Source of the DNA: Octopus vulgaris
Taxonomy: Eukaryota
Direction: 5' to 3'
Length of the DNA stretch: 64,000 nt
NCBI GenBank assembly: GCA_951406725.2
Contig: OX597828.1
Span: 72,788,001 to 72,852,000, forward strand
Shown: piece after piece, positions 28,395 through 43,680 of the stretch
Numbering within the stretch: the first letter of the stretch is position 1
How the letters are laid out: every line of letters begins with the position of its first letter
Translations under genes and position numbers: made by a program
Notes under the pieces: model-generated
The model's input: only the letters and a program-made list of their open reading frames with translations
The model's database searches: none
Told to the model about the DNA's origin: nothing

Positions 28395-28700
28395 TGTGGG
28401 CGTGCGGCTTAGTGGTGAGGGTGCTGTACTCACAATCGCAAGGTCATGGTTTCGATTCTCAGATTAGCTGTACGCTGCGTTCTTGAGCAAAACATTATAT
28501 TTCACTCTGTTCTAGTCCCCTGAGCTGCAAATAACCAGCGCTGCAACGGATGTTCCTTAAGTCAAGAGGGAATCATTTGCCTCCCCACCAAATCAGCGGG
28601 TTTGGCATCATTGGAAAGCTAAACAATGCGAGAAAAAGCATTGTGACACGCGTTGTATAACAACATCTGATAGTCTAGTCGACATAGCAATACAGTGACA
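28395..28700 (+). mobile_element. Old tRNA-derived SINE (family D)
   Basis: tRNA-like head plus a tail GCTAAACAATGCG...GCATTGTGAC...AACATCTGATAG that is shared with 61700-61985 (+) and 58872-58980 (-). Confidence 0.6.
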
Positions 28701-30146
28701 TAAAGTTATGATTCCACAAGTAGACTAATTCTTCGTCTGGAGGGTGACACCAGCCGTGGTTGTGTGCTCAACAAATCAGTTTGTTAACCTGTAAATTCGT
28801 GCTCAGTTTTTCTGTGCAAATTCATAGGTAAAAATCTTGTACCCTTGGGCAGCAACAACGGGAAATAAAATATTTTGCTGAAGAACACAACCGATCCGGA
28901 AATCGAAACCACGATCTAACGATCTGGAGTGCAACACTACTACTATTCAGCCACACACATGACTGTATATGGAGCTCTGTAAGTTATATGTCAGATGTCT
29001 TTAGTAATAAACCTACATCTCAAAGACCTACAAGTGGGATTTGGTTGGCATAAACTATGCGGTGTTCTGCCGAGGAAATAATCATTTCTGTCGATGATGA
29101 TAGATTTAATCCCTCATTTGGTTGAACCCTGCCACCTGACCCTCGAGAACATTGAGTGGGGTCTACACAGTTATTGGCGCAGTGTTAATAGCTCGCTATG
29201 CAGTCATGAATCTCCGGTTTTGAATCCTTGGACAAATGTAAGCTTCCATAACCTTGGGTCTATCAACAGTTTATGAGTGGGAGTAGGGTGACGGAGGCTG
29301 CATGGAAGCCCAGCAGATGGATTTCCGCACCTGTAATTCAAAGCCCCAGCACCGTCAAACACTGTATCACACTGACTTACATTGAGGATAGGCCATGTCT
29401 GAGGAATACTCAACCACTTATATGCTACTTCAATGCTTTTGGTCGTTCAGTTGGCCAAACAACAGAACACTCTTGGTCAGAAATTCTGACCCCATCTTAT
29501 AATTATTCTCCCAGGTTGTGCTTTTCAGGCTAAATTTCCTACTTACCCTTACCTCTCTCGGAGCACTGCAAGATCTGCTTCCTCTAAATCAATAAAAGAA
29601 AAACGCCAACAAACCAGTTATGGAAAACAGCACGAAAAAAATAGCGATGCCCCAGCATGGCCACAACCTCAGCGCTGAAACATTCAAAAGAATAAAAGAA
29701 TGTTCTGTTATTCTCCTCTTTATTGACTTTGTCCTATCGATTCTACACACAATAGTTATTCGGCCAAACACTATATTTATCTATAGAAAATATGGAACGT
29801 TATTTTAATGAACTCCATCAAACCGAAATAGATATATTGTGGTTAAAGATGAGGAAAACATAATAGAAATAAATACGTTAATAGAGAAGCATATACTTAA
29901 TTATTTCCTAATTATAATTATTTAAGTTTTTGAAAAAGAATTTCGGTCATTCTGCGAATTTTTGAATTAAAAATTCGCTTTTAATGGTTGAATTTGAACC
30001 ACATATAAAACTATAAATAATAGCATGTAATGTTGGGCAAAAAAATCCTTTTGAATACAAAAACACCAAGGCTGCTAGTGGGACTTGAACCTGTATGTTC
30101 TCGTCTTCCACGGGCAACCTTTGACTGTTTCTATTCAAAAGGGTGT

Positions 30147-30330
30147 GCAAAATGCTTAGCGGTATTTCGTCTGTCTTAACGTTCTGAGTTCAAATTCCGC
30201 CGAAGTTGACTTTGCCTTTCATCCATTCGGGGTCGATAAATTAAGTACCAGTTGCGTACTGGGAACGATCGAATCGACTGGCCCCATCGCCTCCTAAAAT
30301 TTCGGGCTTTGTGCAAGAGTAGAAAAGAGT
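30147..30330 (+). mobile_element. SINE family A copy
   Basis: Core domain and tail. Further copies at about 33780-34200, 46455-46570, 49375-49590 and 62080-62220. Confidence 0.8.
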
Positions 30331-33179
30331 ATTTGCCTCAGTGTGTGGGGACAAACAAGGCTAATAGTCGGAATTATTTAAAATAATAGTGTTTAGATAT
30401 GTCTATAGTAATTTGTATACGGGGCCAGAAGAAAGAAACTATTGAGAAATTCACAGCTGAAGAATAAGAAGAATAGATAGGAAGACCGGGAAAAGACATA
30501 AAGAAAAGGGCAAAATGAAGAAAGCATTCAAAGGCCCTAAGAGGTTAACCTCTGCGTTCACAATAACAACCACTTTAAATCTCATGTTGTGTTCATGTAT
30601 TGTAATGGCGCTCGTAAACATAGAACTACGAATATTTTATTGACACCTAGGTATTATTTATTCAACTGTTTATGGTACAGTTTATCAATTATGCATTATT
30701 CTATAAATTTATGCTGCGCTGATCTGAATCAATACCACTGCCTGTCAAATATAGAATAAATATTTTCCAGCTTTTTCTACAATTTCCAGAATAACTAATA
30801 AATATGTTGTTAAATTATTTTGTCAAAACGAAAATCTACACAATAATAAAACTTTAATACTTTACATTAATACATTGCAGAGACATATCAAATATCTTAT
30901 CGATTTTCAGATTATTGAAAAACAACGAAATTATTCATTATATGATTCAGGTTGTCTCTTCGAATACAATACTTTATACATATATATATATATATATCCT
31001 TATCTAGGGAATAAAATCGGGGACATCTTCGAAATCTTTAACAGATTGAAATAAATTGTTTCATTAAACGACGTTAACTGTAGAAGGAAGGCGAAGCTAA
31101 AATCGAAATACCACAATTAATGCTATAAATTTGAGTCAAAATGAAAATAAGAATGTAATTAAAGCACAGGTTCCATTAGTAATTTATATTAAGCGAAATC
31201 AGTTTTATGTGGCTGCGTGGCAATTACATGGTCTCAAGTTCAGTTCCACCTCACGACACACAAGTCATGCGTCTTCTTCCATAACCTACAATTGACCAAA
31301 ATTGTCCAGTGAAACTTGATTCAGTTCTGTAACACACCACACTGGGCAGGCGTCGTCTATCAGAGCTCTGAGCTAACCAATGCCTCACCCGTAAAACTTA
31401 GTTCAATCCCACATCACGTCAAACTAGGCTTACGTCTTTCTTTTTAACCTTGGTGCAGACCAAAGCTTCGTCAGTAAAACTCGATAGAGATAAGCAAAGA
31501 ACCTTCATTTATTTTCAGACTTAGCACCTCCACCCTGTCCTTGGGTGCCTTTGTCAGAGTTCACACTGTTCCAACGCTTTTAGTCTATGCGGTCGGTTTG
31601 AGAATAACGTCCCTCCTACCAATCAATAAAGAATTTTAAGCGCTGTCCTTCCCTCTTACTCAATGATTAAAATAAATAATTCATAAAAAAATAAAAATCT
31701 AAAAAGTAATTTCTAATTTGTTTATAATGGTTGAAAATGACATGCTATGTTTATCGGACTAACGTACGTCAATAACGGGTATATTTATCGTTTTGGCTCA
31801 ATTTACAAACAGAACTCGGATAAATTGCGTAGAACCTATACTGCAATGCATTTAGTTTTCATGAATTATTTTATACAAATTTTAACAGAGGAAGTGATTT
31901 ATGTTTATGATTTCAAATAAATTACATTATGATTTAGCTTAATGCTCTGTCTTTAAAATCTGACACACTGCTTTACACTGAAATTGTGTAAGAGTTAATG
32001 TTTCTAAGAGAAAATTTATTTTAGAAATAAATACAAGCCACACACTCTCCTTCTCTCCCACACTCACATACACACCAAGCACAAACATTATTTGGATTTT
32101 TATTGCTTTTTAATTGTCAATTAAATATGTAATGTCCTCCCCCTACTCTGAATATACATATCAAAGTAAAATAAATTTGTAAAGAACGAGCCTTTTGCAT
32201 GTAAAATATGCAGATATGCAGTGTAAGCTTTATTTCTCTCTACCATTGAATCAATGGATATATCTTATTCACTTAATACCAGCGATTTCTATAAAGAAAC
32301 ATTGAAATTAAAATCGTTTGAAATATTGTTTACTTAAAATCGATAACACCCACTTGATGCCATAACAGAACAGATGAGTGAAAAAACATTATAAGAGAGG
32401 AGGAAAGATGCTTTGACAGGATGCGTCAGAAAGTTATATGAAAACAGAACGAAAACAGAGGCAAACATCAAACATACTTTGATATGATGAGTCAAAAAGT
32501 TATATTTAATTGTAACTCGATTGTTAGTGTGGAGAAAGGAACACAATTAACTCAGTGATTAGTTCTGAGCAAGAAAGCAAAGGGGAAAAACTCTGTAGTA
32601 GTTTAATTCACAATCAATTTATGAAAACTGATCGGGCACGTGCAATGGCGAATGTGCGTGCGATCTTCAGTGAGTACGTTAACAACTGCAGGTTTGTTTC
32701 ATTCTTATTGCACCTCCTCAACGAAGTTTTGATATTAAGCAGACTGAAGACAAGTGTGAGATACATATAGTTAGAATGATTAAAAATTGATACGTGTGGC
32801 AACTTACAGAAATGGCAAGGGTGATTTAGCCAGAGGCGCAATCTGGTTGTAAGACATTCATGTAAAAGGGGTCCTAGAAAGCAAAGAGTCAAATCGAGGG
32901 AAAATATGGAATTGTCTCCCCTGCTTTTTATAGACATTCATAATCCTTAAGCTTATGTTTTTCTTTCTCAACACTTCAAGCATTTTTTTACCTCGAACCC
33001 TAAGACTCCTAAAACCGGTTTTCATGGCGTATAAACGACCGATTTTACAAACTTTACCCCTGTATTTCGCTGATAAGGAATTGGTTGACTGGAATGGGAT
33101 AAACTAAAAGAAGGTGATGGGAAGCAGGTGGTTGATTTGAAGGATAGACTTGCAGGTGTTACCAAAGTGATGTGCCAGC

Positions 33180-33330
33180 TCCAGGATTCGATCCTCAGAA
33201 AGCGAGAGGTTGAGGAATGGATTCGGTTTTCGTGCCTCTCACCACAAAATGGTCACGAATGTTGGGTAATGATCGCAAGAATGCGATCACGAATACAAGC
33301 GTCCGAAATGGGTTTCTTACGAGGGAGTAA
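33180..33330 (+). mobile_element. Short RTE (Expander/Rex3-like) LINE fragment
   Basis: GHECWVMIARMRSRIQASEMGFLR resembles the RTE motif YGHExWVMTERxRSRIQAxEMxFLR. Confidence 0.6.
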
Positions 33331-34588
33331 CATCACTGGACATGTATGTATGTATGTATGTATGTATGTATGTATCTATCTATCTATCTATCTATACATG
33401 TATGTGCGTGTATATATGCGTTTATGTGTGACCACCACCACTGCTTGACAGCCAGCTTTGGTTTCTTAACGTCCCATAACTTAGCGATTAGGAAAATAAA
33501 ATTCCGATATAATAATCAGATATAAAAATAAGTCCGGGGATCTATTTGTTCGACTAAAATCTCCGAAGCAATGCCTCGGCTTGGCCGTAGTCCAATGACT
33601 GAAATAGGTAAGAGGTGAAAGTTAAACACCACCAGATAACGATGGAAAACAGAGGAGTCTTTATGGAACTTACGGTTTCCTTATAATGATTTTGGTGAAC
33701 GGACTTTGGATAAGAAATGACAATTATATTCGTATTTCAAAGTTATGATAATGTTTTGCATTGTAATATTCTATAACTGTAGTCAAATCCCACCGAGGTG
33801 GTCTTAGCCTTTCGTCCTTTCGGGAGCGATAAATTAAGTACTAGTTGCGTATTGGGGTCGATCTAATCGACTGGCCCCCTCCTCCCAAATTTCGGGCCTT
33901 GTGCCTAGAGTCGAAATGAATATTTTATAACTGTAGTATTAACACCTTTAAATAAATTTTAATTCCCCCAAAACACTCAATAAACCAGTAATAAGCAATG
34001 AATAATAAATATTTTTACGAGGTCTGAAATCTTGTGGGGTTGGGGTTAGTCGATTACATTGACCCCCAATTCTCAACTGGTACTTTTTACCGATTCCGAA
34101 AGGATGAGAGGGCGGAATTCGAACTCAGAACGTAACAATGAAACAAATGCTGTTAAGAATTTTTTTTCCGTGGAGTAACGATTCTGCCAGCTCGCCGCCT
34201 CACTACTAAGAGAAAAGTTGTCATTTTTCCCGACCGTGAATTGGCAGAATATTTAAGCACGTCAGACAAACTACTCAGAGGCATTTCTTGCGGCTTTATG
34301 TTCTGAAGGCCATTTCCACGAAGGCCAACGTTACCTTCCATCTGTTCGATGTCAGTAAAATAAAAAAAAACCCCAGAAAAGTACAGGGGACCAAAAACAA
34401 AAATCAACTTTCCTGTCCCTTCATGTTGTGATCTCAGTTACTTATACGCCATGGAGACCGAGTAACCAGACTTATACGACCTAGGGCTCAAGAAATGTAT
34501 ATATATATGTATATACCGGAGTAAACACATAAATGTGAAACAAAGTGGAAAAAAAGAGTACTCAAATACCAGTGGTAGAGTAATATGC

Positions 34589-34729
34589 TTTATTTAAAGC
34601 AGCAGAAAATTCAACAAAACCTGTTACTCTGAGCTTCCCGTTTCCGTTGCTAGCAAAAACCGTCCGATGAACGGCAACGGGAAACTCAGAGTAACAGGTT
34701 TTGTTGAATTTTCTGCTGCTTTAAATAAA
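34589..34729. repeat. Inverted repeat (60-bp arms, 21-nt loop) carrying a hammerhead-like variant; probable Penelope-like pLTR palindrome
   Basis: 34589-34648 and 34670-34729 are reverse complements at 58 of 60 positions. The right part reads CCGATGA-ACG(GCAA)CGG-GAAA-CTCAGAG-TA-ACAGG. Confidence 0.85.
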
Positions 34730-34787
<58 letters not shown>

Positions 34788-35744
34788 GTGTGTGATTATA
34801 TACCATGGTAACCTGTAATTTTCGGCGAGTGACATGCACACGCACATTTACAAATTATTGATACAGGTGTGCTACTAACTATAATGTGCAAATGATATTT
34901 GACACGGTTGGTACCGGAATGTATGTTGTACACCTTTTAGTCTGATGACAATTGTATTTATAAGTTCGAAACTCACAGAATTTCTCACACACACTCTCTG
35001 TTCCTTTGAGGTTCGGTAGGGAAAATGGGAGAAATATAAATCTAGACTATATAATTCGCATTCACAACGCATATCACGATCACAGAATATCTGTTACTAC
35101 AATATTTATATGCAGAGGTTTCACACGACCAATCAGACACTATCGGATTTCATAAACGTTTGTCTTCGAAACGAATAAACGAAAGTCCTTCTAGGTCGGT
35201 CTATTCTTTATTAAATATGAATTAGGGGAAATTCTTCGAAGCTGTAAAGTCTCCAAAACATGATAGCCAACTAGGAATGGAAAAGCTCAAGATAATGCGC
35301 AGTATTAGAAACAGAAAGTACATTTTAAATGAGCATCTTGTTAAATAATGCAGCTGAAAGATTTATTAGAAAGCAACGCCAAAAGTTAATAATCTACGAC
35401 TTGCTCTTTCTTTCTTTCTCCGCCTCTTTTTCTCACCATATCTCTCTAGAAAGCTTTACAAATTCTCTTAATTCATCTCTTAGACGGACAAAGTAGCTGA
35501 ATCGAAATTTTAATGTTGTAAACGGGATGATACGAAATTGGTAACTATTTTTAGTTTATTCCACAATTAGTTATTGATTATATATTATAGTTATGGTAAA
35601 GTTAACCCTGATCTATGCAGTTCTATTACTTACGTGCACACATCCATACACACACACACATAAAGACGTATTTGCATTCATATACACATATGCGTACATT
35701 CATACTTACGAACATATGCATACAACATGCATGCACTTAAATAC

Positions 35745-35749
<5 letters not shown>

Positions 35750-35781
<32 letters not shown>

Positions 35782-36069
35782 TCACTATATATGTATGTGT
35801 GTGTGTATGTATGTATGTATGTATGTATGTATGTATGTTTGTATGTATGTATGTATGTATGTATGTATATATGTATGTATGTATGTATATATATGTATAT
35901 ATATATATGTGTATGTATGTATGTATGTATGTATGTATGTATGTATATATATATATATGTGTATGTATGTATGTATGTATGTATGTATGCATGCATGTAT
36001 GTATGTATGTATATATATATATGTATGTATGTATGTATATATATATATATGTATGTATGTATGTATATA

Positions 36070-36105
<36 letters not shown>

Positions 36106-36137
36106 TGTATATATATATATATATGTATGTATGTATG

Positions 36138-36172
<35 letters not shown>

Positions 36173-36211
36173 GTGTGAATGTATGTATGTATGCATGTAT
36201 GTATGTATATA

Positions 36212-36244
<33 letters not shown>

Positions 36245-36403
36245 ATATGTGTGAATGTATGTATGTATGTATGTATGTATGTATGTATGTATGCGTGTGT
36301 GTAGGTATGTATGTATGTATATATGTATGTATGTATGTATGCATGTATGTATGTATATATATATGTATGTATGTATGTATACATATATGTATGTATGTAT
36401 ATA

Positions 36404-36436
<33 letters not shown>

Positions 36437-36439
36437 ATA

Positions 36440-36507
<68 letters not shown>

Positions 36508-36529
36508 TATATGTATGTATGTATGTATG

Positions 36530-36562
<33 letters not shown>

Positions 36563-36569
36563 GTATATG

Positions 36570-36603
<34 letters not shown>

Positions 36604-36624
36604 TGCATGCATGCATGTATGCAT

Positions 36625-36668
<44 letters not shown>

Positions 36669-36853
36669 GTGAATGTATGTATGTATGCATGTATGTATGT
36701 ATATATATATATGTATGTATGTATGTGTGAATGTATGTATGTATGTATGTATGTATATATATATGTATGTATGTATGTATGTGTGAATGTATGTATATAT
36801 GTATGTATGTATGTATATATATGTATGTATGTATATATATGTATGTATGTATG
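35750..36853. repeat. (CT)n plus ~1.1-kb (TATG)n/(TA)n array
   Basis: Directly visible. Confidence 0.97.
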
Positions 36854-37441
36854 TAATATACACGGACGGCTAGATATTGTTATGGGAATGCGTTTGCTGT
36901 GCTAACAAGCTCTTTGATATATCTAAGCAAGCACCTGCCTCTGAGATTGCTACCGTCATTGATTCTTCACAGCTGCAAATACTCCTCCCCCCACTCTCCT
37001 TTTAACTCTGTTAACCCGGGTGTAAAGAAGCGCGCATACCCAGTATTTCCGGTAAAGTGTTTCGTGTATTTCTTTAATTCTCCACGAAACATTCCAATAA
37101 AGTCTTCGGAATCCAGTGGCAAAATATTCTGTTTTTGTATGTTTTTGATTCGCGTTTAACAATTGTTACTTCATTTGATCCGTTCTTTTATTAGAAATCC
37201 ATCGATGTTCTCGCTGTTAGATAAATGAGAATTCTCTCCTATAACAACAGATGTTGAGATCTGCGAAGTTTATGGAGTTTGGAGATTTCTCACTAAAGAA
37301 CAGTAATTTCCTATTCTCCTCACTTATTTCCGTCTTTATATTAACTCTGTAATGTTTTACATGAAATCCCTTCTTTACTGCGTTGTTCATTCGATGAAAC
37401 ATATGTACATGCACACACAGACACTAACTAACAAAGACACT

Positions 37442-37484
<43 letters not shown>

Positions 37485-38125
37485 CATCATACACGCATCA
37501 TACACGCACATACGTAAATATAGACGTTTGTATAAAACACAGAACTGAAAAAAATGAGTGCTCAACAGCGAATATGTTGATAAACAATTCCTTTTAATAA
37601 AATTACGCTATTTTTCCAGTACCGTGGGTTTCCTACGGAAACATTCGCATGTATTCAGCCAGAATTTGCTGCACCAGTAACACTCGTCTGTTTATCTAAC
37701 TTACACATATGTAAACAAATCCGGTCTAACGCCAAAAAAAAAGATGGAATCTACTAGTGGTATGTAAACATACATGTGTGGTTTTCCCGCCAATTGTGAC
37801 TAATAAAATAACGCATTTAAATTTGCTTCGTTGCATGAGATAACACTGTAGCTCCCTCTCATGTCATTAGAATCTCAGGCCACTTAGTGGCTACTTTAAC
37901 TACCAGCAGATTGATCAACCCAACGCAGTATTTCTTCTTTTAAAATCTTACTAGTTACTGTATGTTACTCTGAGTATTTAGATAATGACTAGCTTACATC
38001 AGCTCCTTAACAATATATATTTACATGCGATTACTTATAGATTTATGTGTGCTTCGAGATTCATTATGCTCTTAACCACGAGCATACAGCGTAATGGTTA
38101 AGAGCGATCAGTGCCTTGAATAAAC

Positions 38126-38177
<52 letters not shown>

Positions 38178-39258
38178 TTAATAATGGCTGGAGAGTATAT
38201 CAGCCGAAACGTTGTGATAACAGCAAACAAGATGAGGACACATATTCGTCCAATGTAAATAATGTACACAATTCCTCATCTCTAAAATAAAGAACAGTGT
38301 CTTTAACTTTAAGTCCCCTCCTTCAAACACTCATCCGTTGAAAGCGACGGGAGCGTCCGTCATCAATCATAGATGGACTGATGGTAAAGTGGGAGCCAGG
38401 GGAATCAGAATTTAATTTATATAAATATATATTTAGATATACTTAGTGTTTATACTTGGTTCCATAGATCTTCATCTCTTACTGAAATCTATATATAATT
38501 GTAATAGATGGCCTGGTTCTCCGTCGGTTACGACGACGAGTATTCCACTTGATTCGATCAACCGAAGAGCCTGCTCATGGAATTAGCGTGCAATTGGTTG
38601 ATTCCTCCTCCACAGACACGCGTACCCTTAACGTACTTCATAGGGAGGTTCAACGTGACACCGAAAGGGACCTAAACTGACCCTTTCGAATTACAGGTAC
38701 AAAACATTTTTGTCAGCTGAGAGGACAGGAGTAACGTGAAATAAAGTGTCTTGCTCAACGACACAACGCGCCTCCGGGATTCGAACTCACGAACGAACAT
38801 ACGATCAGGAGACAAATACCACTAAGCCACACGCACATGATAGCAAATACACGCATAAACACACCACACACGTAACACATACATACACATTTACACATAT
38901 ACACACACAAACACACAGACACATACACACATACATACACAAGCACTCTCACTTTCTAACACACACACACACACACGAACACATACGCACGCCTTGCCGC
39001 ACATAAATGCAAATACATACGCCTAGGTGTCGGGTTGATACGCCCTCTCCACGCACACGCACACGTACACAAGCATATACACACACACACACACACACAT
39101 CAGAATGACAAAAACTGGGACGAGTTTAAGTAACTTGAAAATGTATTGATAATGCATTCCATAAATATGGAAGGGCTTAACCTCCTGTGTATTATATAAA
39201 AATCATGTCTCACATGTTACAATAAGCAATCGCCGAAATATATGTCACTGTCAATATC

Positions 39259-39321
<63 letters not shown>

Positions 39322-39448
39322 CGTCTCTATATATACACACGTGTAAATGTGTTAATGCATGAGTACATATGCTCGCATCTATCTATCGATCTAGCTATCT
39401 ATCTATGTATCTTTCAATCTATCTATCTGTCTGTCTATGTATGTATGC

Positions 39449-39590
<142 letters not shown>

Positions 39591-39730
39591 TTATCTTTCT
39601 ATTTGTCTCTCTATTTACCGTGCATCTATATAGATATATATATATTCATAAATATACAATACATAAACACACACATATCTACATACACACGTATTTGTGT
39701 GTGCATGTGTTTGCGTGTGTGTGCGTGTGT

Positions 39731-39786
<56 letters not shown>

Positions 39787-40141
39787 GTGAATGTGTGTTT
39801 ATGTATGTATCATTTAGCCCCAAAACGACCTAAGTCACTGCGAGCAGACAGTCTGCTGTACTTTCACGTGTGATAAAGTTTGATAAATGAAACTCATCAT
39901 ATTCTTGGAGACAGAATCACATATTGATATAAACACGCACATACATGCATACGCACTAACACCGGACTCAGACATTGACACACACACACACACACGCTCA
40001 TGGAAATATGCATGTATATTAGTGCATGTGTGTGTGTGCGTGTCTGCGTGTGTGTGTGTGTAATATTTATATTCATATAAAGAATGAATAATATAGAGCA
40101 ACAGCAATAATAATGATAATAAGAATACTAATGATAATGGC

Positions 40142-40172
<31 letters not shown>

Positions 40173-40394
40173 GTAATATCAATAATAATAATAGTAATAA
40201 TAATAATAATATTAATAATAATAATAACTGTAGTAACAATTATAATAATAATGGCAACAATTAAAACAACACCAACGATATAAAATTGTCTGGTAAGAAC
40301 GATTATGCATGAGAATAAGTTATGTGTGAAAGAGGCTATCTGCGAAGAGAATGAAAGAAAAACAAAACGCAAACTCCCTAAAACAAAAGATAAC

Positions 40395-40457
<63 letters not shown>

Positions 40458-41060
40458 AGAAAACGAAAGGAAAGCTATTGATTGATTCTTTTCACAATCG
40501 ACTTCACAACCTTTGCAGTTCTGCATTTAGTAGATTCATTGACAACTGGGTATTGGAAATATATTTTGGCTGAGGTTAGAGTTTGTGTTGTGAAGAGGAA
40601 GATATTTGGGAAGAATTGCAATAATACAGGAGTATTAGTGGCATCGTTTCTATTTCTGTGTCTGGAAGACTACATGAAGAGATAAAGACAAAAGCTATTA
40701 AATCACAGTTTCCAGAACCAAATGGAAATAAATTCGCATCTTCTCTCCGTGGATTTAAAGAACACTAATGGATAATGGAAGGGAATGTTTGAACATACCG
40801 CTTCCTGAATATATATCAACACGTACATACATACGTGTATACATACATATCTCTATGTACAGATATGCATAAAGATATATATATATATATATGTATGTAT
40901 GTATGCATGTATATGTATGATTCCATACATGCATACATACAAACACACATACACACGCACATATATATATATACAGAAAGAGAGAAAGAGAGAAAGAGAG
41001 CGAGATGTATATATATACATACATATAGACATATATATATAATGCATATACATACATGTT

Positions 41061-41098
<38 letters not shown>

Positions 41099-41106
41099 CA
41101 CATTAT

Positions 41107-41146
<40 letters not shown>

Positions 41147-41704
41147 CATATATATACACATGTATGTGTGTGTGCCTATGTGTGTCATCATATACTGTGC
41201 CAGTAGGTCAATCCAGTAATCTATATCATTTGATTTGTTGTAAGAGTGGCTAAGTATTGTTTTGAGGATCAATTTACGAGTCATAATTGAATAATTGCGT
41301 TTATAAAACATTTGAGAAGTAACCACCATCTCTGTTTGTGATCGTTAAACATGTCTATTTATACACATGCAACATTTGTGAGTGTTGTGAAGTAGAGTGT
41401 TACTCTCGATGAGCCAATACGCAGCCGATTCAACGCCTGGTCTTCAATAACAGCCGACTTCCTGTTATTTATCTATCAGCAATGTACATATTAATGAATA
41501 TGGCGGAATGTTAAGCTGTTAGCTTTTTAATCTTCATGTTCACCAGTCGTTACTACAGCTTGTCTTTTATTACTTCTGTTACTGCAACTGTCGGTAAGAC
41601 AATGGTTTGTGGGTGAGCTATGGCTGACGGAAGCCGTGCAGAGACACAATGACATATATATGTATATTATTGTATTCATATATATATATATATATTGATA
41701 AAAA

Positions 41705-41750
<46 letters not shown>

Positions 41751-41817
41751 ACGCCGCCATCTCTTCAGTTATATAGCTGAAGAGATATTTCCACCCGGCA
41801 TATATATACTGATATTG

Positions 41818-41900
<83 letters not shown>

Positions 41901-41905
41901 TATAT

Positions 41906-41955
<50 letters not shown>

Positions 41956-42377
41956 CTTCTCAACAACACAGTCATTTTTGCGCGCGCCCATTATGTGTAT
42001 TTGTTTACATTTGTTGTTAAATCGAGTATTGTGTCCCACTATGTCTCAAAGGTACCAGTGCCTCAAGTAGAGATCTTGGAAATAAATGCCAGATTGAAAT
42101 ACGTACTGAGGTCCGTTTGGTCAATTAAATTTTTGAAGGTGATACCTCATCGTGGCGACAGTCGAAAGTTTAAAATCCCAGTAAAAATATTGCTTAAAGA
42201 CTTAATGGCTTCAAAATTAACGTAATGGTTCGCTAACCACTAGTATTGAACGTCCACTATACATGATAACACTATATGTACATCTCAGTCTATAAATTAT
42301 ATACATATGTGAGTATATATACATATATATATACATATGTATATATATGCATATATATATACATATGTATATATATG

Positions 42378-42418
<41 letters not shown>

Positions 42419-42421
42419 ATA

Positions 42422-42507
<86 letters not shown>

Positions 42508-43226
42508 GAGAGAGATAGATAGATTGCAAAAATAATAAGATGAAAATGCCTAGATAATTTTATCATAGGACCTACAGCTTCGGTCAAATTAAGACAACCT
42601 TTTCATTTCGGAATAACTTGAAAGGAAAACTGAAATAAATGAAATTGCACAAAACTTTCATGAGTTATGGCTGTTCACGTTTTCTTATACAGATCGCATC
42701 GTGCATTATTTTGTTTTGTTCTGCTTGTTGCTAGTTGGGAACGATGGATGATTAAGAAAAGCGCTGGTAGGCAGGTTTGACAATGATGGGGGGAGACGTA
42801 GTAGAAACAGCTTGGGGACTTGGTGCTTTATAGCACTGTTTCATCTGTCTAGTTGTGCGGGTGTTGGTTTATGGCAGCTGTCCGTCTAATACCGAGCCGT
42901 AAGGGTTTTTGTAATGTTGGTGACTGTTGTTGTCGTCTTTTGTCCGGAATAGAAATCTGGACATTACTTTGTTTAGGCCTTGGTGTTAAGTTGTTTTATG
43001 AGCAAATTTATAGAGAGGAAAAATTGTGAAATTTTGTTCTTTCACAATTCAACGCCAGCGCATTAACAAAGAAATGTCCGTCCTTCATTACCAAATAGCA
43101 GCCACATCTAAATTCCCTGTGGCAGAGTAAGCGAGAAAAACTGCACTTATCACATGTATGTATGTGCGTGAGTCTGCGATTGCATATGTATATAAATATA
43201 CACGCATACGTTCAAGCATTCATAAA

Positions 43227-43327
<101 letters not shown>

Positions 43328-43477
43328 TAGAAAAAAACACCTTTTATCAATTCAAAATGAACAATTAAATTACACCATCATAAATGGTGTTTTTTTCTAA
43401 TTTATATATATATATATATTATATTTTGTGAAATTTGATTTAGTATTTCTAAATTGAATTTTTCCCTGTAAGTTAGG

Positions 43478-43541
<64 letters not shown>

Positions 43542-43612
43542 ATTAGGCATGTTTGTATCTAAATATGTCTGTGTAAGTTTGTGCGTGAATTTATTTTTAC
43601 ACACACGCACAC

Positions 43613-43680
<68 letters not shown>

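Noticed and set aside
36900-37390. Unique-looking segment with several short ORFs
   Set aside because: No recognisable domain or consistent splice sites; possibly an old transposon fragment that I cannot classify.
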